The notes beneath the pieces were generated by a model. The model searched no databases. It saw only the letters and a list, made by a program, of their open reading frames with translations, and was not told the origin of the DNA. From contig NC_092674.1 of the NCBI RefSeq assembly GCF_964355755.1, positions 18,600,001 to 18,664,000 on the forward strand: a stretch of DNA of 64,000 nt. The letters run 5' to 3'. Shown piece by piece: positions 1 through 53,700 of the stretch. The stretch is from Antedon mediterranea (Eukaryota > Animalia > Echinodermata). The position numbers and the translations under genes are program-made. Within the stretch, counting starts at the first letter, position 1, and each line of letters begins with the position of its first letter.

Positions 1-1665
1 AATATTGATGCGCGCTCTTTTAAATGTAATGAAATATAACGCAAAAGATGAAAATACGACTTTTTTTATTTAACTGGCCATATGATGACATCACAACATT
101 CGATTGGCACAATTTTCACATGATTTAGTATCTACAATACAATAGCTTCCTGAAAACGTTTTAATCGTGATTATCACATTTTATTCTTACGGGCTATTAC
201 AGATTAAAATTTACTGTAAAGATGAAATTAATGACCCACGTAATTTAAATTTTTAGGCATGATGACGTCATAAAAATTAAAATATTTTTATCTCATGCGA
301 AAGATAGTTGATTGACCTAGACAATATTAAAATCTCGGAGAAAAAGGAATACGTATAAGCGTGATGCGCTCCATTGAATATGATGAGCAATAACGAAAGA
401 CAATAAAATCCTATATTTTACATTCGTGTGGCCATATGATGACGTCACAACATCCGTGAGGTAAAAATTCTGCATGAATTCATATCTACAACATATCTGC
501 TTACATATTGAGTTAAAAAAATTAGGGGTAATCGTTGATCCTGAGAAGCTATAAAAGATTCAAAATAGGCATAATTTTGACAACATTTTGTAACCTTTTC
601 AACTAAAACGCGTGCAAATGGGCTAAATCAACGTGTTCGTATGACGTAATTTAATTTGAAATGATGTCAATCTTTTTGAAAATGAGTAGGAAAGGCTGGA
701 AAATCACAATTCAAGAGAAAAAAACATGATTTTCATGCTCTATGCGCACCGTACGCGTAATATTTTTCGCGCGCGCGGCAATTTTTGACATGCTTAAAAT
801 GACATGAAACGCATAGAAAGTTGATTAGAAATTATTTTTGCGCATTTTGAAATTTTAAATGCGCATGCGCGCGTAACTTTGTGTAAAACACGCAATTTTT
901 TTCCAACAGAAAGTTAGCGCATGATATAAATTAAAATTTCACAAAGTGTCAATTAAAAATCACTTTTAGTTTTTAATCTATGATCAATCATAACAAATCA
1001 TAAATCGCGCGTAAGTCACGTTGCGCAACTCTGATGTCATTCAAAAATAGGAGGTGCACAACTTCACGTAAATGCCCACATGTTGTCAAAGTTATGAAAT
1101 GTTATGTTTACACATGTTAGAGAAACGCTCTACACAAAAATGGAAGGAAAGAAATAAGAATAATACAGAAAAAAAAAAAAATGATGATCCCATACAATCA
1201 CAAGGAGTTATCTGCCAAGTGCGGATAACTAAAAAAAAAAAAAAAAAAAAAAGTAACAGGACGATTACAAGGAGTTATCCGCTACTAAGCGGATAACTAA
1301 TAAGACAGAAAAAAACTGTTGATCTCATACAATAACAAGGAGTTATCCGCTTGGTATACCAAGCGGATAACTAATAAAGAAAAAAAAAAAGATCCAGGAC
1401 GATTACAAGGAGTTATCCGCTACTAAGCGGATAACTAATAAAGATGAAAATGATTTTTACAATCACAAGGGTTACAAGTTGCGGATAACCAAAAAAAAAA
1501 ATATTGATCCACTACAATCACAAGGAGCTACTAAGCGGATAACTAAAAAAAAAAAAAAAAGATGATGAAACAGGACAGTTACAAGGAGTTATCCACTGAA
1601 TGCGGATAACTCAAAAAAAGATCCTGTCAATAACAAGGGGTTATCCACCAAGTGCGGATAACCAA
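1..1665 (+). mobile_element. Non-coding repeat element (Helentron/DINE-1-like) with a multiplied 3' hairpin end
   Basis: 1-1070 is visibly homologous to 50130-51030; ends in about 8 copies of caaggagttatcc-N-cggataact. Confidence 0.55.
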
Positions 1666-1689
1666 CTATAGCTGTGCAATTGCTAATAA

Positions 1690-2490
1690 CAATATGGCAA
1701 CATGGTACGCTATGCTTGTGTGATTTTGTTGTTATTTGTGGCCGATTCAATTGCAACTATCACATATTCTGGAGAGCAACTAATTCCACAGATTGATTCC
1801 ACTGATATTTGATTTACCGGATGAAATACTACCCAGCCTGGAAACATAGGAAAAGGGGTAGACGAGGCGGATCACTCACTCAGCTGAGAAAGCAGTCAAC
1901 CAGCCTTCATTACCTAGTATCTATCTGGCAAACGTATGATCATTACATCATACGATCGATGAACTATTATGTAACCTTCATTCAAAACAAGATCACAGGG
2001 ATTGTTGTGTGTTTGCTTTCTCTGAATTGTGACTGGATTCCCAGAATCGGCTATTATTCCACCTGGATTACATCTATTCAGGTCAGATCAGATATGCAAC
2101 AATGTGGACAAGGAGCACGGGGAATGAGGAAGTGTGTTTTGATGTCAACCAGAAATGGTGTACTAATATTAAGATCTTGGCAAACACATGTACCCGAGAG
2201 TTGGAATCTCTTACAATACGATGCCGTCCTTTTATTTTCCAGGAGAGCTTTTTTTTTCTATTATACTTACTGTTGGTGACATCCCTCCAGAGGTTAATGC
2301 GGCAGATGCTACGAACCAGCTGTCATCTATCGTAACTAGGCACGAAAATGCCCATCCAGGAGCAACATCTATAATAGTTGCCGATTTCAACCATAAAAAT
2401 CTAAAGAAAGAACTTCCGAAATTGTACCAACATGTTTCAGTACCAACTAGAAACAATAAGACCCTTGATCACTGCCAACGGTGTTTTTAA
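1690..2490 (+). mobile_element. Frameshifted 5' (APE endonuclease) fragment of a Rex1/Babar-like LINE
   Basis: LESLTIRCRP / IPPE..A / IIVADFNH.NLKKELPKLYQHV..PTR.NKTLDHC split across frames. Confidence 0.8.
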
Positions 2491-2667
2491 AGAGTAGCTA
2501 TCCAATCAAATTTGAACAATTAGGACATCTGCATATTAAACAGAAGGTTCCAAGTTTGAATCTCAGTTTGGGTGGCTTTTTCTCATTCTCGCAGATTTTT
2601 TCATTATTATCGTTTCAAATTAATTTCAGTGTATCACCGGCAATTATGTTGTGTTTTTTTTTTTTAG

Positions 2668-43889
<41,222 letters not shown>

Positions 43890-44327
43890 AATATCAGAAA
43901 GTGGTGCTATATTTTAAGTATTTATGACTACAATATTTTTAGGTATTAATTTTATATAACTAGACTGTATTTAAAAAATAAAATATTTTAAATACACTAT
44001 TTTGAAATGCAACTTATTACAGTGTATAAGGTTTGTACCAATTTAGGCCGCAAGATATTACATAAGAAAAGTATAAGCATAAAAGTAATTAATAAAAGCA
44101 TTAGGTTAAACCTTTTTAGAAGTATAGTGAATTGGACAAACAAGTTGGAACAAGAAATGGGTGGTTCGTACCTATTTTTTAGATCATGTAACCATGTAAC
44201 CATGTATTAAATTCAGACATAATATATTAGAATCTCATTTTGTAGGCAATGTTTTAAAAAGTATTTATGAATTGTAAGATAAAATCTTGCCCAATGTAAA
44301 ATATTGTTAAGTACTGTATGTATTTTA

Positions 44328-45264
44328 GGGCCCGTTTCTGCTGCCAACCCAAAATATACCGTATAAATATACCGTATAAATATACCGTATAAATATACCG
44401 TATATGAAATTCGTGCACCGTTTCCGCTGCACATACTTCGTGGGTGGGTTGTAAAAAAGTTGGCTTTCATTACCCAAAATGCATTTCGTGAGACGGAAGT
44501 ATGGATTGACCTCGTGTAGTGAGGTTTTTACCTATCGGTACATGCTGACAAAAACAAAACAATGATGGTTTCTCAAAACGTCGTAGCATTGCTTTCTATT
44601 TTAAATCTAATGAGCAGAAGTGGCAACGAATTTACACCGCACATACAAGCACAATCTAGAAATGTCACTATAAATAAACTCTGTTAATTATTCAAATTGA
44701 GTTTATATTATGCTATATTATCCTATATTGCCGTTTTAATTTCCATTTTCTATTATACAGTATTTTACCATGATTTTACATCACGTTGTTGTCGTGTAAG
44801 AACATTCGATTTATTGTAATTAAAATCTCGGTATCTCTTCTGTTGCCATGCAGTCTCCCCCCAACCTTCGCTTCCCCCCACAATTGAATTGCAAAAATAG
44901 TGATTTGTTCGGTCCACAGTGACATTTTGATCTGTTGCTTGCTTTTACACGTGTGTTTCAACTTTCAATGCAGCAGAAAAACCAAAACAAACGCGTCGCG
45001 CTCTGTTAGTTTTTGACCTTGTGTTATGAGTCGGGTCACATTTACGGTATATTTTGAGTGCAGCAGAAACGGGGAACGAAATATACGGTATATTTTGGAA
45101 TATACCGTATAATATCCACAAACGATGGGGATATTTATGCAGTATATATACCGCAAATATATACGGTATATTTTTTATGAGACCCATTTCTGCTGCCAAA
45201 AAATATACCGTATATAAAATATACCGTATATATACGGTATATTTTTGGCAGCAGAAACGGGGCC
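44328..45264. mobile_element. MITE (PIF/Harbinger-like) downstream of the NALCN stop
   Basis: TIR gggcccgtttctgctgcca / tggcagcagaaacggggcc; internal tataccgta repeats. Confidence 0.8.
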
Positions 45265-45664
45265 TATGTGTATTTGTGAATTCAACATTATATTTAAACC
45301 AAATACTAATGACCAAAATGTGTGCATGTAGTATGCTAATTATAAGCTACAGAGTTTTGTTCAATTTTACCACCGTGACAATTTACTTTTATCTGACCAG
45401 TTATTAATTTGATTTTTAATACCTGTAAATATATGCCTAATAAACGTATGTGAAGAGCATTCATGTTATTGCATCCTGATTTTGTTCAGTTATACAATAA
45501 TGAATGTTTTTACACTTCATAGATATTTTGCAATTGATGCTTTCAGCTGATTGTACACTACAATATATACAATTTTGCCTTTACCCATCATATATTTAAC
45601 CATAACCATTTAAAACATATTAAGTTTAGAAAAAAGTATTCATATATTATAGTCTGATGTTTTT

Positions 45665-46461
45665 ATTGTTTTGTTTGAAACTACAGGCAACACTGAATTT
45701 AATTGTAATGTAATGAAGTTTAATTAGACAACATCCCAGCATTTTAATGATCTGAGAACAAGTTGCATTTTCTTTTCACATCAATTTGGTACTATTTTTA
45801 TTGCATTGCAGGTTGTTTACATTGTATAGTTGCTTCCACTACACTATATCATATCATCATGACATGCATATATGTGATTTTTTATGCTCTACTATAAAAT
45901 TTAATTTGAATTTATAAAAATATGTAGATTGCAGTAGTATGTTGTTGGTAAATATACAAGCACTTCTATTTTACAATGGTAAGGGCTAATTTCACATGCA
46001 TTCGTTTTCTGGATAGATTAAAATTTCTCTGTTTAAAGTATGTGTCTGTGATCATTTATTAATTGTTTTGTTTGAAACTACAGGCAACACTGAATTTAAT
46101 TGTAATGTAATGAAGTTTAATTAGACAACATCCCAGCATTTTAATGATCTGATAACAAGTTGCATTTTCTTTTCACATCAATTTGGTACTATTTTTATTG
46201 CATTGCAGGTTGTTTACATTGTATAGTTGCTTCCACTACACTATATCATATCATCATGACATGCATATATGTGATTTTTTATGCTCTACTATAAAATTTA
46301 ATTTGAATTTATAAAAATATGTAGATTGCAGTAGTATGTTGTTGGTAAATATACAAGCACTTCTATTTTACAATGGTAAGGGCTAATTTCACATGCATTC
46401 GTTTTCTGGATAGATTAAAATTTCTCTGTTTAAAGTATGTGTCTGTGATCATTTATTAATT
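45665..46461. repeat. Near-perfect direct tandem duplication, 397-bp unit x2
   Basis: units start at 45665 and 46062; one substitution seen (tgagaac/tgataac). Confidence 0.95.
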
Positions 46462-47428
46462 AAAAGGAAAAACTACATCGAGGAGGTAATTTAGGTTTTG
46501 AAAGGAAAAGGTTTGTACGCCAGTATCTACACCAAACCAACATCAAACAATGCTGTACTTTTGCTTTGCTTACTTTTACAAAAAATACATTACAAATATA
46601 CATTCAGTCTAACTTTTATTATACAAAAGATTTATATACTTTCATAAGCAAATCTGGCCACCTAATTTTAGCACAGGTTATGTAAATAAAAAAGTTTTAA
46701 ATTAATATACATGGTGCCATGCTCTGGTAATCAATATGATTATTTACAAAACATGCTTTTTAATACACATTGTTTAGAAGAATATGTTGATATAAAAAGC
46801 ATTTTCTACTTAAGTATACATATACTACAAAAAGTAGCATCATAGCATGATTATGTAGTTTTTAGAAGTCTAAAATTGCAACAACCATTATTACTTATTA
46901 TAAAGTGTACCATCTTAATATTGCTGTCTATTGTACAGTATGTATGTAAATAAAATCCACTAATAGTAAACCAGCATCCAAATATTATATTTGAATATCA
47001 TTAAAACATTAAACATAATACAAATTATGGACAAATCTAGAATTGTTCGAAAAATAAACCTAAATACAGGTTTTCATGTATATAATTCCTAAACACATAA
47101 ATTAAATACAGTGTAAAACTTCATTATGTAGTGTACTGGAATAGCAATGTCCATTTTAAGTCATAATCACATTCACAACAAAAAGTGTTGCTTTTGCACA
47201 ATTTAACTACATTTAAAATATACAGAGTACCATTTTTTTTAAACAATCTAGGGGTGTCAAAATACCTAAATTCGCTTTGCCACAGCTCCTCCCACCTTAT
47301 ATATAAATCCTAGATCAGCCGCCCCTGTATTCTATAAATGCTTTAGGTTAAATTACATAAGCCTAACTAATAACTGGACTGATTTGTTATTAATACTACC
47401 ACTATTTTCTTTTGAATTCATTTTTTAA

Positions 47429-47728
47429 TTAAAGAGCCGGGGGTGCTGATGGCACAACAGGTTCTTGGCTTGCCTCTGTACTTGTATAATCATAATTGTA
47501 AGGTGGAGGAGGTTCTTGTTGTTTGCCTTGATAAGGTGATGCACCAGCTTGCATTGGGTAAGTTGCTTGTGGGTACTGCTGAGCTTGGCCTTGATATGGT
47601 TGTGGCTGACCTTGATATGGTTGTGGCTGGCCTTGATATGCTAATGCCTGCTGTGGTGGTGGTGTAATATAGACATTAGTTTGTGGAGGCATTGCTGATG
47701 TTACATACAATGCAGGTTGACTTCGTAC
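47429..47728 (-). CDS. TMEM255-like terminal exon (Pro/Gln/Tyr-rich, PPPPY)
   Basis: VRSQPALYVTSAMPPQ...YQGQPQPYQGQPQPYQGQ...EPPPPYNY...PSAPPAL*. Confidence 0.85.
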   Translation of the reverse strand, partial: VRSQPALYVTSAMPPQTNVYITPPPQQALAYQGQPQPYQGQPQPYQGQAQQYPQATYPMQAGASPYQGKQQEPPPPYNYDYTSTEASQEPVVPSAPPAL

Positions 47729-50700
47729 CTGAAATATTATAGGTGTTATATTGTTTAAGCGTCTTCGGTAATAATATCAGGGGAAAAGGGAACAGGTGCT
47801 GTTGGTAATTGTAGGGGGTAACTGTTTATCTATATAAATTTACGCGAGGGAAAAATTCAGTAAACCGTGCATTACTTCTAGAATGTTTACTCGATGGTAT
47901 AAAAAATTGGTTCATACGTTCGATACTGATTTTGAGCACCTGATGTAACCCTGTTTACTAATTAAATTGAGTTTTTTCACCGATTTATTCAGAATGAAAT
48001 AGCCTTTTTTTACGCTGAAATTACTGTGTATTCGAGAACCATCTGTGTGGGCACGACCTAAATTGTACACGAGCGAAGCGAGCGTACCATCTAGTAGAAT
48101 AAAAAATGAATACTTACTGTTTTATTAAATCCACTGATTTGGGCTGCAGTAATTAATCCTAGTAGAGTATTTAATGAACATAATCCTACTGATATCCATA
48201 GCAACCACATATACACAACAAATCCGTCACATGAACTCACCCCTTCTATGTGAGTAGGAACATCCTTTGGACTATATTATAATACAAAAAGAACAAGTGT
48301 AATGTTTAGCCAAATTGTTGTAGTATAGGGGGATAGTATGTACAGTAACTCAAGATACCGTAAAAGTAAAATAAAGTATTTTTTTAAAATCTCGATGAAT
48401 CTAGTAATAACCAAAACAAATACTACATTTGAACTCATTACTTTAGGTTTCTTTGAATAAATGCCACCCATAGAACATAAATAAATGCCACCCATAGAAC
48501 ATAAATAAATGCCACCCATAGAACATAAATAAATGCTACCCATAGAACATAAATAAATGCCACCCATAGAACATAAATAAATGCCACCCATAGAACATAA
48601 ATAAATGCCACCCATAGAACATAAATAAATGCCACCCATAGAACATAAATAAATGCCACCCATAGAACATAAATAAATGCCACCCATAGAACATAAATAA
48701 ATGCCACCCATAGAACATAAATAAATGCCACCCATAGAACATAAATAAATGCTACCCATAGAACATAAATAAATGCCACCCATAGAACATAAATAAATGC
48801 CACCCATAGAACATAAATAAATGCCACCCATAGAACATAAATAAATGCCACCCATAGAACATAAATAAATGCCACCCATAGAACATAAATAAATGCTACC
48901 CATAGAACATAAATAAATGCCACCCATAGAACATAAATAAATGCCACCCATAGAACATAAATAAATGCCACCCATAGAACATAAATAAATGCCACCCATA
49001 GAACATAAATAAATGCCACCCATAGAACATAAATAAATGCCACCCATAGAACATAAATAAATGCCACCCATAGAACATAAATAAATGCCACCCATAGAAC
49101 ATAAATAAATGCCACCCATAGAACATAAATAAATGCCACCCATAGAACATGAATAAATGCCCCGGGGCATTTATTTTCTTTCACAATATTGTATTATAAC
49201 ACATTTCTATTTGTAGTAGACTTCCCTGGTCTAAAAGTTGACCAAGGATTTTGATATCAGTTTTTACTGTTATAATATCACTATTTGATATTTGGTTATC
49301 CACATGTAAACTGGACATTTTGTAACTTGGTCAACATATATATTTATGTGACATTGGAGTTGTGCAGCTTAAGTGTGGTTCCCACTAGCGACGCGACGCA
49401 ATGCAAGTGAATTGACCAATCACAAGCTTGTGATTGCTAACTGTCTATAACTTCGCTTGTCATTGGTCAACACGCTTACGTTGCGTTTACGTCCTTGCGT
49501 TACGTTCTAGTGGGAACCAAGCTTGAACCTGCGTGCTACTTTATTATTTCCTATTATTTATCTTAAATTCAAAAAACCAAAACCTGGAGCCATTAATGTT
49601 TATCCTATACATTAATGATATGCCTGATAATTTAAGTTGTGACACAAATATTGCTCTTTATGCTGATGATGCTAAATGTTACAGAGAAATTCAGTGTCCA
49701 GAATTGCCATTCACTTCAGATTAATATTTACTTTGAGCACCTGGTCTAAAAATGGGATTTGAATTTTAAAACTTCTAAATGTAAAACTAGAATTTAATTT
49801 GTCACTTTGACGAATTATAGGTGATCATTTTTATCATTTTACTGAAATTATTATTTGTTTACTTGCACGTACGTTAACATACGATCGGAAAATGTTGATG
49901 TATGCCATCCTATTATACGCCTTTAGTGCTGAGTTGTGCCTATTATATGCCATATATAATATGTACAGTATATAATGTATATCTATATACAGTGTAGCAT
50001 AGGTGAAATTACGGGACACACGTCATGTTCTAATTTGTTGGTATGATGGAATTATCAAAATAAACTCGAAGATGACAATTTCGAAAGATAATGAATTGAG
50101 CAAATAAATATAAGAATTGGAAGAGAATTTGGCACGTAGAAGCGCTGTGCGCGCTCTTTGAAATTTGTATAACTGTGACGAAAAAGATGAAAAAACAACT
50201 TTTTAACTTCAACTGGCCATATGTAAACTTCACAACATCCGATAGGCTTGATTTTTATATGAATTCATATCTACATTTCATCAGCTTTCATAATAAATTA
50301 TAATCATCAAGGTAACCTTCAATTCCGAAGAGCTGTATGATATTCAAATTTACGGCGAAGGTGAAATTACACGACCTACGTTATTCAAGTTTTTATGCGT
50401 GATGATGTCATCAAAATAAAAATAGTGACAAGTCATGAGAAAGTTAATTAATTGAGCAATCACATACTAAAATTTGAGCGAAAATCGGGTACAAAATAAC
50501 AGAGATGCGTTCTATTGAATGTGATAAAATATGACGAAAAAGAAAAAAAACTTAATTTTAAATTCAAGTGGCCATTTGATGACGTCACAACATTTTGTAC
50601 GTACAATGTGTACATGTATTCATATCTACAACTCAATGGCTTCCAGAATAAGTTAAATAAATTGGGGGTCTTAGTGCATTCTGAAGAATTATTTTCATTT

Positions 50701-53700
50701 AAAAAATTCCTTATTTTTCACCATTTTCAGCACTTTAATGCAATTAATTTGCGCATATTTTCATTTTGAACCTGCTCGTATAGCGTTATTTTATATCGGA
50801 ACTGACTCAAATTTGGTGAATATACTAAGGATGGTGAGTAGAATGCGATTTGTTAAAAAAAATTGTATTTTTTACGCTTTTTAAGTATCGCGAGCGCAAA
50901 ATTTTTTTTGCGCAGTCATTTTTTGAAACGCGCAAATGGCTTAATTCCTGCTCTAAATTGATCAAAACTTAATTTTAAGGTTTTTAAAGCGCGATTTCAC
51001 GCGCATGACCCTACGTGCGCGTGCGTTTTTATTTGCTAATATTTTTACCCTTGACCTGAAGTTTACGTTTAGTGAATGCTTATTCCAACTAAAAAGGTTA
51101 AAGTGGTTGCGAATAATAAACCGTGGATAACCAAAGATGTGAAAATTATTATTAACCGGAAACAAAAAGGTCCAAAAAGAATTAAAATGTGCAATACATA
51201 AAGAAAAATACAAGTTTAAAAATAAGGTTGAAAAGAAGTTCACGGAAAATAACATGAAAGAGGTGTGGCAAGGAATGAGGTTAATGAGTGGACATATAAA
51301 TAATAAACAAAAATCTGTATCGCTACCAAAAATTGACAAAGAATATGCAAATGAATTAAATATATTTTTCAATCGTTTCAACAAATATGATTTTTCAAAA
51401 GAAATTAAGGAACGGAAGTTTCAGCTTGAATCAAATATAAATGACATAAAAATTGATACAAATAAGGGTGAAGTATATATAAGTATTTTAGAAATTTGAA
51501 TGCTAAGAAAGCTCCCGGGCCCGATAAACTTAAACCAAATATTTTAAAATCATGTGCAATGCAGTTATCGTATATTTTCTCAATTATTTTTAATTTGTGT
51601 TTCACAACTAGTTCACTTCCAGAAACATGGAAACAATCATCTATTGTTCCTATTCCAAAAAGCTGTGTTATTAAGTATATGAATGATCTCAGGCCAGTTG
51701 CCTTAACATCAGTTGTAGGTAAAATATGTGAGAAAATTGTTTTAAAATGCTTAAAACAAATAGTCACTACGCATACTGATCCCATGCAATTTGCATACAG
51801 AAGTGCTCGGAGCACAGAAGATGCGAAAACTTGAAAGGCTGTATCGTCATTTAGATAAAACAAAGGTTGGAAATTCAGCCCGTGTTATGTATTACGACTT
51901 CTCCTCTGCGTTTAACACTATTCAACCCCATTTACTAGTAGATAAGCTGTGTAAGATGGCCATTCCCTTTAATTTGATTCTTTTTATTCTGAATTTTCTA
52001 ACAAACAGAAAGCAGTATGTGAAGCTTAGCCCAACAGTATGTTCTGATGTTAGTGTTTCCAATACAGGTGCGCCACAAGGCACTGTATTAGCCCCTTTTT
52101 TGTTTACCTTGTATACAAGTGATTATAGATCTAAATATGATTCTTGCCCAGTTGTACGATTTGCTGACGATACGGCGATGATTGGCTTGATTCAGAAGGA
52201 CGATTGCACTTCATATTTAAATGAGATTAATAATTTTGTAAAATATAGTAATGATAACTTTTTAGAATTGAATGTTGAAAAAACAAAGGAAATGATTATA
52301 GATTTTAGAAAGAAAACAAATAAATGTGATCTAGTTGACATAATGGGTAGACAAATTCAGAGGGTGGAAACATATAAATATCTGGGCGTTGTAAACAATA
52401 AATTGACGTGGAGTAACCACTTGGATCTCGTTATGAAGAAAGTAAATACTAGAATGTACTGTTTAAGACAACTAAACAAGTTCAGTGTAAATAATAATAT
52501 TTTGATTACATTCTATCAGTCTATTATTGTTGGGGTTTGGAAATATTGTATTGCAGGGTGGGGTGGAAATGTTACAAAGGGAGATAAGGGTAGAATTGAT
52601 CGTGTGGTAAGAAGGGTTGAGAGGATGTCTGGTTTGTGTCAGCAGTCGGTGGATTCAGTTTATTGCGAGAAGCTGGACAGGCTTTTTGGGATGGTGTTGA
52701 GGGATGAAAGTCATCCTGTGAATTCCGATTTAGGCAGTCTCAGAAGTGCTCGCAGTGGAAGATTGCGATCCGCGGCTGCTGACACAAACCGATATCTTTT
52801 CTCCTTTCTGCCCACAGGTATCAGGAGACATCAGCGACATTCATCCAGATGAGCACCATGAAATAATATGTAATTATATGTTCTTGTTGTGAGTTTTTAA
52901 TATTGGTATTGTTGTATTGTCATGTTATTTTATATATTGTAATTATGATGTATATGAAGACGAGCAATGTAATTTTCTCCTTGTGGGAACGAATAAAGAT
53001 TATACTTGATACTTATATGATTGATAATGTGATTTCCCAAAATGGTGTATAAATTACGTCACGGATGAGTGATCACGCTGAAAAGCTTATTAGGATTAAG
53101 TTATATTATTTGAAAGATATTGTGAAATTTTGGTAATCATTGACATTAAACTTTTTGAGATAATTGTTACACAAAATAGTGCCCAGAAACAATAACAAGG
53201 ATTTGATACAATAACAATAGGTGATCATTTTATTCTAAATGATCACCTAATTATTTCTATTACCTGATCTAAAAATTCTGTTCTTTTTGATTATATAATT
53301 AATAACGATATTCTTGAATGAGTTAGTGAAATGAATGATCTTGGTATCATAATTGATTCCCATTTATCTTGGAAGTCTCATTATAATTATAATATTTCTA
53401 AAGCAAATCGTATGTTAGGCCTGGTTAAACGTGTTAGTTCCCATTGTAATTCACATGTAAAACGGTCTCTTTATTTAAGTATTGTTCGTAGTTAGCTTGA
53501 ATAACTGTCTGGTCTCCCAATTACAAAACTTATATAAGACAACTTGAGTGAGTTCAGCATAGAGCAACTAAATTTATTTTAAATAATTTTGAAGCTGATT
53601 ACAAATGCAGACTTCAAACATGCAATTTATTACCATTATGTTATAGGCGTCACTTTACAGATATCGTTTTTCTTTTTAAGTTATTAAATTCTAATATAAT

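Noticed and set aside
1185-1665. CRISPR-like appearance (palindromic repeats with variable spacers)
   Set aside because: The repeats are degenerate, the spacers are related A-rich tracts, there are no cas genes, and the context is an animal intron.
48277-49184. 297-aa and 248-aa repetitive ORFs
   Set aside because: Translations of a 24-bp tandem repeat inside an intron.
51791-52852. Host or domesticated reverse-transcriptase gene
   Set aside because: 5'-truncated, frameshifted relative to 51496-51834, and ends in a LINE-type tail.
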